From NCBI GenBank assembly GCA_029821195.1, contig JALGTU010000002.1, forward strand, positions 1 through 62,453: 62,453 nt of DNA, given 5' to 3'. This DNA is from Candidatus Zipacnadia bacterium. Its GTDB lineage: Bacteria > Armatimonadota > Zipacnadia > Zipacnadales > Zipacnadaceae. Shown in pieces: positions 18,374 through 25,868 of this stretch. The number at the start of each line of letters is the position of its first letter. Positions within the stretch are counted from its first letter, which is position 1. The notes below the pieces were generated by a model that saw nothing but the letters and a program-made list of their open reading frames with translations, made no database searches and had not been told where the DNA came from. A program made the position numbers and the translations under genes.

Positions 18374-18437
18374 GGACAGGCGACCTACCTGTCCAAACTG
18401 CTCAGACATTCGGGACAGGCGAGACGCCTGTCCTACC
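18374..18437 (+). repeat. Two adjacent REP-like hairpins
   Basis: GGACAGG-cgaccta-CCTGTCC lies at 18374-18394. GGACAGGCG-AGA-CGCCTGTCC plus TACC lies at 18413-18437. Both sit in the gap between the YfhO-like and radical SAM genes, and the second abuts the YfhO stop codon. Confidence 0.6.
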
Positions 18438-20556
18438 GGAGCCGGACGCCTTTTGAGCACACACAAGATGCGTACGCCACGGTCACCAGAGTCGCCAGCG
18501 CCAGCAGCGACAGGAATGAGCCGCACACGACGGTCGTCGGATAGTAGACCATGAACACGCGGCTGGCTCCGTCAGGAATCTCCACCCCGCGGAAGGTATT
18601 GCCGGACGGCGCAATGGGCACCGCATCGTGCCCCGCAAAGCAGTGCCAACCGGGATACCACACGTCAGCAGCCCGTAAAGCCCCCCCAGTAGAGTCGGAT
18701 AGGCTTAGCCGGACATAGTTGAGACCGATTTCGACGGCGGTAGGTTCAACGGCAACGCCCTGCGACCCGAAGAATCGGTAACGGGACGAGCTGTTTGTCT
18801 CGTACAGATAGGCGCCCTCGCCATGCCAGACCAGCTCCAGGCTATCAGACCGGAGCGGCTCCATTGAGACAATCCACTTTACCGCCGCTTCATCAAGCAG
18901 CGGCGAAGTCCAATTCTCCAGCAGCATCATATTGCCGTTTTCAACCGGTGCAGGTGCAGTACGCTCCATTCTCGCCGCAAACTGGTAATAATCGCTTATT
19001 GATAGCGAATCGTAGCCCTGCACGCTATGATAGCCGTACACGGTCGCCGAGTTAGGCGGCAACAGTGCCTGCGGGGTGCGGAACAAACTCCAGGCGTGGC
19101 GAGGCGTAATCGCTAACACCCGACCCTCGGCCGGGTCACAGCGCTGCTGAAGCTGCCGGGTCAGCTCGGTCTGGGCATACAGCTGCTCGCTCGGGGCCAT
19201 CGGCACAAAACGCCGTCCCCACGGCAGCAATTCCCCGAACAGCACCGCAATGAGCCCTATGCCGAGAAGATAATAGACTATGCTTCGGAATCGAGGATTC
19301 GGAGATATCCGCCGCATCACGTGATCCAGCCCCAGAGCTGCGAGTACCGCGATGCAAAGTATGTAGACGAACATCAAGCGGGTGAAGCTGCCGGTCAGAC
19401 CGATCTTGGGCACGTAGAAGTAGACCGCGCGCGCCAGCGGCCCGCCCATAATCATCGAGAGTACAACCAGGGCCGCCACGGCAAACGCCACGGCAATTCG
19501 GTCACGACGATACGCAACCGCTACTAAGGCCAGCAGCAAAGTCACCACACCCGCGAAGCCACAGTGTTCGGTGTAAGGAATTCCCAGCTTCAATCCCGGG
19601 TAGTCGCCGCCCGCCGATGTTCCTAGTGCGTCGGGAGATCCAAGAGTAATCAGCTCAGCGGGCCTCAGGGAACGCTGCACCTGGAATTGCCAGCCCTGCG
19701 CGGTGGGGACCTGGCTGCCGCGCGGAGAATTTATGCCCAGCTCTACCGTGGGCAACACCTGCGCCATACCCAGCATCAGGCCCAACCCGGCTCCGGCCAG
19801 CATCGGCCACCACACCATCCGCTGCCTGCGCACCAGGCGGTAGAGCAACCGACCCAGCGCGTAGGCGGCTGCGCTCAGCCACACGTAAGCAGCAATCTGC
19901 AGATGACCCGCCAGCAGCGTCAGCCCCAGGCAGGCGGCGAGCAGTATCATGCCCCGCCGTGGCCGCCCGCGCAGGGCCAGCTCAATACCCGCCAGCGCTC
20001 CGGGCAGCCATACGGCGCTGCAGATCAGTGTCGGCAGCAGCGCCCAGGTTATCATAAACCCGCCGTACGAAAAGGCCAGCGCCGCAAAGAGTGACGGTAG
20101 CTCCGACAAACCCAGCAAACGGCAGAAGTAGAAGGTGAGCAGGCCGGCGAGGAAGAAGTGCAGAGCCAGGCTGAGGCCGAGGAACTTGCCCGCCGGAATC
20201 AGCGCCAGGAGCCAGTTGGGGGGGTAGAAGATCGCGGACTGGCCATTACCGACAAAGGGGTAGCCGCAGTATTGATAAGGGGACCACAAGGGCAGTTCGC
20301 CGCTGCGCAGTGCTCTGCCCAGCAGAAGGCGCCACGGATAAAACTGCGCCACGCTATCCCAGAGTAGCGGGTCCCAGTGCCGCGTGCCAACCACCGGTGC
20401 CTGCGCCTCTCGCCAGGGCACCATCGCCATCTGCTGCGACCCGGCTGCCGGCACTTTGCCCTGGAATAGACAGGGGTACCAAAAGCCGAGGCTGGCGCCC
20501 GCCAAGAGCAGGACGGCAACCAGGGGCACCCACCTACCTGTACCGCGCATGGACAA
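18433..20556 (-). CDS. YfhO-family GT-C membrane glycosyltransferase
   Basis: 707 aa. A polytopic N-terminal two-thirds is followed by a C-terminal beta-rich domain and a final TM helix, which is the YfhO layout. Confidence 0.65.
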   Translation of the reverse strand: MSMRGTGRWVPLVAVLLLAGASLGFWYPCLFQGKVPAAGSQQMAMVPWREAQAPVVGTRHWDPLLWDSVAQFYPWRLLLGRALRSGELPLWSPYQYCGYPFVGNGQSAIFYPPNWLLALIPAGKFLGLSLALHFFLAGLLTFYFCRLLGLSELPSLFAALAFSYGGFMITWALLPTLICSAVWLPGALAGIELALRGRPRRGMILLAACLGLTLLAGHLQIAAYVWLSAAAYALGRLLYRLVRRQRMVWWPMLAGAGLGLMLGMAQVLPTVELGINSPRGSQVPTAQGWQFQVQRSLRPAELITLGSPDALGTSAGGDYPGLKLGIPYTEHCGFAGVVTLLLALVAVAYRRDRIAVAFAVAALVVLSMIMGGPLARAVYFYVPKIGLTGSFTRLMFVYILCIAVLAALGLDHVMRRISPNPRFRSIVYYLLGIGLIAVLFGELLPWGRRFVPMAPSEQLYAQTELTRQLQQRCDPAEGRVLAITPRHAWSLFRTPQALLPPNSATVYGYHSVQGYDSLSISDYYQFAARMERTAPAPVENGNMMLLENWTSPLLDEAAVKWIVSMEPLRSDSLELVWHGEGAYLYETNSSSRYRFFGSQGVAVEPTAVEIGLNYVRLSLSDSTGGALRAADVWYPGWHCFAGHDAVPIAPSGNTFRGVEIPDGASRVFMVYYPTTVVCGSFLSLLALATLVTVAYASCVCSKGVRLR

Positions 20557-20643
20557 TCATACCACCTGCGGACGCCGGCGCCCGCCCAGAGAATTACTGA
20601 GGTCCTCACGTATCGCCCGGCATGGGCAGACCGGGCCGACCAC

Positions 20644-21072
20644 CTAGCCCTGTTCAGCCACCGTTTCGATGACGGCAGTGCTGCGTCCAGCCGGGGTATC
20701 GGCACGCGCGCGGGGGTAACTGGTGGCGAAGACCACCACGCCCAGGAAGATTATCGCCAGGCCCACTATCCGCATGGGCGGCACGACCTCTTTGAGTATC
20801 AGCCAGGCGAGGATAGTGACGAAGATGTAGTTGAGGGCGATCATCGGGTAGGCGTAGCTAAGATCCAGCCGGGAGAGCACAAAGAGATAGAGCACGGAGC
20901 TGACACCGTACGCGACAAAGCCGCTCAGGACCAGCCAGTTGCGGAACATCGCCGTGAGCACCTCGAAGAGCGCTGGCTTCTCACCCATCGCCAGCAGACC
21001 GGACTTCAAGCAGATTTGTCCGGCCGCCCCCAACATTATCGCACCAAGCAGCACCGCAAGCGCGACCCACAT
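20644..21072 (-). CDS. Small 4-TM EamA/SMR-like transporter (ArnE/ArnF- or GtrA-type lipid-linked sugar flippase candidate)
   Basis: Starting from ATG at 21072 (MWVALAVLLG...) gives 142 aa with four hydrophobic helices. The longer track ORF (21138) adds a non-hydrophobic leader. Confidence 0.6.
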   Translation of the reverse strand: MWVALAVLLGAIMLGAAGQICLKSGLLAMGEKPALFEVLTAMFRNWLVLSGFVAYGVSSVLYLFVLSRLDLSYAYPMIALNYIFVTILAWLILKEVVPPMRIVGLAIIFLGVVVFATSYPRARADTPAGRSTAVIETVAEQG

Positions 21073-21279
21073 GGTAGACCGTCCTTTGCGATCTTGGCTA
21101 TCGCCAGTGAGTTTGTCAGCATTCATTATTACTAACACCTCGGGCCGCAGCTACCGGGAAAGTAACTGCGGCTCGATATGCCGAAATAATCTAACCGGCA
21201 CCACGAGCGGATCATACCACTCGTGCGGCTGATGTACCGGAAATCGTGCCCACTGCCGGTGGCCCGCTCTGCGAGCGTA

Positions 21280-21918
21280 CTAGCTTGCCCCCAGAAGTTC
21301 ACCGGCCAGGTCAACCGCGGAGGCGGCATCAGGAGCATAGCCGTCGGCGCCGATCTCCTCAGCGTAAGCCTCAGTCAAGGGCGCACCGCCAACCATAACC
21401 TTGACGCCATCGCGCACACCGGCTGCTGCCAGCGCGTCAATGGTATCCTTCATTGAGGGCATCGTGGTGGTAAGCAGGGCCGACAGTGCCACAATATCGA
21501 GAGAATGCTCGTTGACTGCGCTCACGAAAGCATCCGGGGGAACGTCCACCTCCAGGTCAATGACTTCATAGCCGCCGCCCTCAAGCATCATCGCAACAAG
21601 ATTCTTGCCAATGTCGTGTAGGTCGCCCTGGACAGTGCCAATCCCCACGGTTCCACGCGGCTCCACGCCGCTCTCGGTCAACAGTGGCTTGACGATGTCC
21701 ATGCCCGCGTGCATCGCCCGGGCGGCAATCAACACCTCCGGAACATAGAACTCGTTAGCCTTGAAACGCCGGCCCACTTCGTTCATTCCGATGATGAGCC
21801 CCTCGTTGACAATTGACTCAGGGCCGACTCCCTCGTCAACTGCGCCCTGGGCGAGGCGGGCTACCTCGTCACGATCCCCATTGATTACTGCCTCCGCTAG
21901 TGCCTGTAGGTCTGCCAT
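21280..21918 (-). CDS. Cobalamin-binding corrinoid protein (methyltransferase cognate type)
   Basis: 212 aa. An N-terminal helical cap is followed by a B12-binding domain with DxHxxG (DLHDIGKN), SxL (SALL) and GG (MVGGAP) motifs. Confidence 0.85.
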   Translation of the reverse strand: MADLQALAEAVINGDRDEVARLAQGAVDEGVGPESIVNEGLIIGMNEVGRRFKANEFYVPEVLIAARAMHAGMDIVKPLLTESGVEPRGTVGIGTVQGDLHDIGKNLVAMMLEGGGYEVIDLEVDVPPDAFVSAVNEHSLDIVALSALLTTTMPSMKDTIDALAAAGVRDGVKVMVGGAPLTEAYAEEIGADGYAPDAASAVDLAGELLGAS

Positions 21919-22025
21919 CTGTCATCCTCCTATTTAATGGACCTTCGTGGTGGTATCTGCTAGGTACTGACTTAGCTCGTCACCGGGCGGAGATTCCCCG
22001 CTCGCTGTGTGAGTACCTCCAGATT

Positions 22026-23897
22026 TTACTCGAACATCATATATTCTGCAAATCTCGTCTGGAACTCAGCGCTGCGAAACAGTTCAATATGCTCCGCGAC
22101 CTGCGCGATGTGGCGGCTGTATTCGCGCTCAGCGCGCGAGAGCAAGGCCAGAATTGCCCCGGCACCGGCAGCGTTGCCTATTGCCGATATTCTATCCGCA
22201 GGCACGTCAGGAAGCAAGCCCATACGCAGGGCACTGGCCGGGTCAATGAAGTTGCCAAAGGCGCCAGCGATCTGAATCTCCTCCAGATCATCCGGACTCA
22301 ACCCCACATGATCCAGCAGCATCTCGGCGCTGGCCCGAATTGCACTCTTGGCCAATTGGAGCTCGCGGATATCTCTTTGCGTGAAAGTCACCGGGCCATT
22401 GGCGGCCTGGCTGGAGTCGGCCAGGACTATCTGACGCCGCGGGCCCTCTCCTTGCAAGCGCTCGGCCAGGTTGCCAGGCAACTGCAATGAGACCTCACCG
22501 TTGACGATCCGTCCCGTCTTGTCTACCAACCCCACCTCCAAGACCACCGCCATCGCATCAAACAAACCCGAGCCGCAGATGCCGCGCGCCGGTTGGTCAC
22601 CAATGGTGTGTACCACTAGGTTGCCGTCCACCGCTGACACATGATCTATCGCGCCGGGCGCCGCCCTCATACCGTGTTCTATCTGCGCACCTTCAAAAGC
22701 CGGGCCGGCGGCGCACGACGCCGTAAGCAAGCGCTCCCCGGACCACAGAGCCAGTTCGCCATTCGTCCCGATGTCTACAGCAAGCACCGGCTGGGTGCGC
22801 CGCGTCAGCTCACTGGCCAGGATCACCCCCACCGTATCTGCACCGACGAACCCGGCGATACAGGGCAAGCAGAACACTTTGCCGCGGGGGTGAATATCTA
22901 GGCCCACCTCTGCAGCGCCCAGGCTGAGCGGCTCAGTGGTCACGGGAACGTAGGGACTTTGCGCCAGATACCGCGGCTCCAGTCCCAGGAAAAGGTGGTG
23001 CATGCAGGTATTGCCCACCACAGTCACTTCGTAGACATCGTGGCAGTCAGCGCCGGCCTGCGCCACCGCCTGCTGCATCAACTCGTTGATGACCTCGACC
23101 GCTTTGGCGCGCAGTTCACGCAGGCCACCGGGGTTACTATTCGAGTATTCGATACGGGAAATAACGTCGGCGCCGAACTGGGCCTGCGGGTTGCCCGCCG
23201 CGGCCGTTGCCAGTTGCGCACCCGTTTCCAGGTCAACCAGATACGTGGCGACCGTCGAGGTGCCGATGTCCACTGCTACTCCCAGGCATCGCCCGCGGGC
23301 GGATGCTGGTCGGACCTCGACCAGCTCCGCGCCCGCCGTGATAACCGATAGCTGCTGTTGCGCGCCGCGTAGCGCCGAGGCCAGACCGCCCAGGGCCCCT
23401 ACCGAGGCGGTCAAATCAGCCTGGGTATCGCTGACCGCGTCGGCAATCCGGCGAAAATCACTGCGCTGGTCCTGGAGAGTGGGTGTCGGGAGCTGGAGAT
23501 CGTAGCGCCGCACGTCTGGATCCAGGGCCACAGCGCGCAACCTGCCCTGCTCCAAGTTCTTGCCGGCGGCAAGCGCCTGTGTAGCCTCTACCCGAACAAC
23601 AACGTCCTCAAGCACCTGTGCCCGGCAAGCCAGACGGGTCCCGTGCGCCAATTCCTCGGGAGTGAGCAACTCCTGCTCTTGCGCATCGGGATCGGCGGCC
23701 ACACCATCGGTCACGAGCACCCGGCACTTGCCGCACGTGCCCTGGCCTCCGCACGGGGCTTCAATGCCCACTCCGGCACGTTGCGCTGCTTCATATATTG
23801 TGATACCGGCAGGGACCCTAATGATTATCCCCACCGGCTCGAAGGTAACCTGAACCGAATCTCGCATAGTCGTCAAACCCGGGAACCCGACCTCCAT
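22026..23897 (-). CDS. Corrinoid reductive activase (RACE/COG3894): [2Fe-2S] ferredoxin plus ASKHA ATPase domain
   Basis: 623 aa. The N-terminal plant-type ferredoxin motif CGGQGTCGKCRV is followed by a large actin-like ATPase body (VDIGTSTV..., VDIGTNGE...). The start overlaps the TPR gene stop (TAATG). Confidence 0.75.
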   Translation of the reverse strand: MEVGFPGLTTMRDSVQVTFEPVGIIIRVPAGITIYEAAQRAGVGIEAPCGGQGTCGKCRVLVTDGVAADPDAQEQELLTPEELAHGTRLACRAQVLEDVVVRVEATQALAAGKNLEQGRLRAVALDPDVRRYDLQLPTPTLQDQRSDFRRIADAVSDTQADLTASVGALGGLASALRGAQQQLSVITAGAELVEVRPASARGRCLGVAVDIGTSTVATYLVDLETGAQLATAAAGNPQAQFGADVISRIEYSNSNPGGLRELRAKAVEVINELMQQAVAQAGADCHDVYEVTVVGNTCMHHLFLGLEPRYLAQSPYVPVTTEPLSLGAAEVGLDIHPRGKVFCLPCIAGFVGADTVGVILASELTRRTQPVLAVDIGTNGELALWSGERLLTASCAAGPAFEGAQIEHGMRAAPGAIDHVSAVDGNLVVHTIGDQPARGICGSGLFDAMAVVLEVGLVDKTGRIVNGEVSLQLPGNLAERLQGEGPRRQIVLADSSQAANGPVTFTQRDIRELQLAKSAIRASAEMLLDHVGLSPDDLEEIQIAGAFGNFIDPASALRMGLLPDVPADRISAIGNAAGAGAILALLSRAEREYSRHIAQVAEHIELFRSAEFQTRFAEYMMFE

Positions 23898-24271
23898 TAG
23901 TAGAAACTTAGCTGCTTTTGGGCTTCTGTGCCCTCCCTGCTGTTGGGGTCCATCTGTACAACGCGACTGAACATCGGCTGGGCCGTTTCGTAATCTCCCA
24001 ACATAGTGTGTAGCATAGCCACGTCATACAACATGCGCTGACTGTCGGGATTCAACTCAACGGCCCGCTGGAGATGCGCCAGTGCCTGCTCAAACTCGCC
24101 CTGGTTCATAAGCGTGTGTCCTAATCCCCACCAGGCCAACGCCAGGTCCGGGTCATCCGCCAGTATCCGCTCATACAAGGCACGGGCGTCGTCGTATCGC
24201 CCGTTGCGCCGCAACTCATCAGCCTGTTCCAGAAGCTGGTTCATGGACAGATCCTTGGCACAAAAAGCCAC
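23897..24271 (-). CDS. TPR-repeat protein
   Basis: 124 aa with three TPR-like units (YDDARALYERILADDP, ALAWWGLGHTLMNQGEFEQALAHLQRAVELNP, ...). Confidence 0.7.
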   Translation of the reverse strand: MAFCAKDLSMNQLLEQADELRRNGRYDDARALYERILADDPDLALAWWGLGHTLMNQGEFEQALAHLQRAVELNPDSQRMLYDVAMLHTMLGDYETAQPMFSRVVQMDPNSREGTEAQKQLSFY

Positions 24272-24303
24272 GAGTGTATGAGAGCTGTTGCCGTCCGCGA
24301 ACC

Positions 24304-25248
24304 CTATCCAAGAAAGAGTTGGAACCGCGCTTCTGGTTTGAGTCGAGCTCCCCTCAGGAAATCACCCGCCGACATTACTCGCCGGCCAGCGGGCTGTAAC
24401 TGTTTTACCAGGACCCCGCCCGATCCAGCTTGAACCACAAACCCCTCCTGAGTAGCTTCTATGACTTCGCCGCAGTTTCCTCCTTGATACGGCTCTCCTG
24501 ATAGTGCAACTGCCTGCGTTATCTTTAGCCGCTGGCCATCCAACACCCCACTCGCCCCCGGCCAAGGGAAGCAACCACGGATCTGGTTGACAATCTCTTG
24601 AGCAGGACGACGCCAGTCAATTATCCCATCATCCCTGGTAAGGGATGGGGCGTACGTGGCCGTCTCATCATCCTGAGGCTCGCACTGCGCCTCCCCGGCC
24701 GCAACCAGATCCAACCCGCGAAGCAGGAGTGGAACCCCCGCCTCGGTCAATCGGTCCGTCAGCGTCAGGGCGTTGTCGTGCGCTTTGATTGCCACGCTCT
24801 GTCGCAGGATGATGTCACCCGCGTCAAGTTCCTCGTCTATATATTGTACTGTTACACCAGTTTCTGTCAAGCCCCCCATCAGGGCACGTTGAACAGGTGC
24901 GGCTCCGCGCAGCTTGGGCAACAGCGAATAGTGTACGTTTACGCTGCCCAGCGCGGGCATCTCAATGACGCTGAGCGGCAATATCCGGCCATACGAAACC
25001 ACCACGAAGACGTCAGCCGCACACTCACGCAACTTCTCCTGAAAAGCGCCGGCCCGCAGGTCAGTAGGCTGCAACACCGGAATACCCAGCTCTACCGCCA
25101 CCGCCTTCACCGCCGGCTCCGCCAACTTGCGCCCCCGGCCCCGAGGGCGGTCGGGCTGCGTCACAACGCTCGTGACATCGTGGCGCTCAGCAACCGCCCG
25201 CAAGTATTCGACGGCCACCTGGGGTGTGCCGAAGTAGGCTACTCGCAT
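24304..25248 (-). CDS. fmt: Methionyl-tRNA formyltransferase
   Basis: MRVAYFGTPQVAV..., NVHYSLLPKLRGAAP. The ATG at 25248 overlaps the def stop (ATGA). The 32-aa upstream extension in the track ORF is not supported. Confidence 0.9.
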   Translation of the reverse strand: MRVAYFGTPQVAVEYLRAVAERHDVTSVVTQPDRPRGRGRKLAEPAVKAVAVELGIPVLQPTDLRAGAFQEKLRECAADVFVVVSYGRILPLSVIEMPALGSVNVHYSLLPKLRGAAPVQRALMGGLTETGVTVQYIDEELDAGDIILRQSVAIKAHDNALTLTDRLTEAGVPLLLRGLDLVAAGEAQCEPQDDETATYAPSLTRDDGIIDWRRPAQEIVNQIRGCFPWPGASGVLDGQRLKITQAVALSGEPYQGGNCGEVIEATQEGFVVQAGSGGVLVKQLQPAGRRVMSAGDFLRGARLKPEARFQLFLG

Positions 25249-25832
25249 CAGATTGGCTTCCCTTCGGCTTGCTGTTTGCTGCGCAGCCGCTTGAAGACGC
25301 GCTTGGCCTCCTTCATGCTGGTCGCCTCGAGGCGGTAGCCACATTCTTCGTCCGGGTCAGGGATTAGCCAGCATAGCGTGTCTGCAGGGGCTCGGTCCAC
25401 GAACAGTACGCCGTTGAGATGATCAATCTCGTGCTCGAAGGCCCGGGCCACCTGGCCCTCCGCCTCCAGGCTGACTTCAGACCCATCAGGCACGATGCCC
25501 TGGACAGTCACCTGTTGATGCCGCTGCACCTTGCCGCGCAAGGTAGGTAGGCTCAAGCAGCCTTCCATGCCGTCCTGGGTGCCCGAGGCGGCCACTACGT
25601 GCGGATTGATCAGGCTGACTATCTCGCCGTTTTCCTCCGAGCCTGTTTTGACTACAATAAGCCGGATTGACTGCCCCACCTGAGGTGCAGCCAATCCGAC
25701 TCCGTCGTCCTCCACCATCGCCTCGATCATCCCCTCGATCAATTCCGGCAACTGGTCGTCTATCTTCCGGACGGGTTTCGCCTTTTTGCGGAGAATCGGG
25801 TCACCGTATATCCGAATTGGCAGTCTCGTCAC
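25248..25832 (-). CDS. def: Peptide deformylase
   Basis: The three PDF motifs are present: GVGLAAPQ, EGCLS and HEIDHL. Confidence 0.92.
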   Translation of the reverse strand: MTRLPIRIYGDPILRKKAKPVRKIDDQLPELIEGMIEAMVEDDGVGLAAPQVGQSIRLIVVKTGSEENGEIVSLINPHVVAASGTQDGMEGCLSLPTLRGKVQRHQQVTVQGIVPDGSEVSLEAEGQVARAFEHEIDHLNGVLFVDRAPADTLCWLIPDPDEECGYRLEATSMKEAKRVFKRLRSKQQAEGKPI

Positions 25833-25868
25833 AACCGTTCACTTCTTTCCAAGAATTCTGTACGGCAG

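Noticed and set aside
21919-22025. A possible cobalamin riboswitch upstream of the corrinoid protein gene. GGGAA and GGTGA strings are present on the minus strand.
   Set aside because: The gap is only about 107 nt, there is no B12 box, and the spacing of the short matches does not fit the known consensus.
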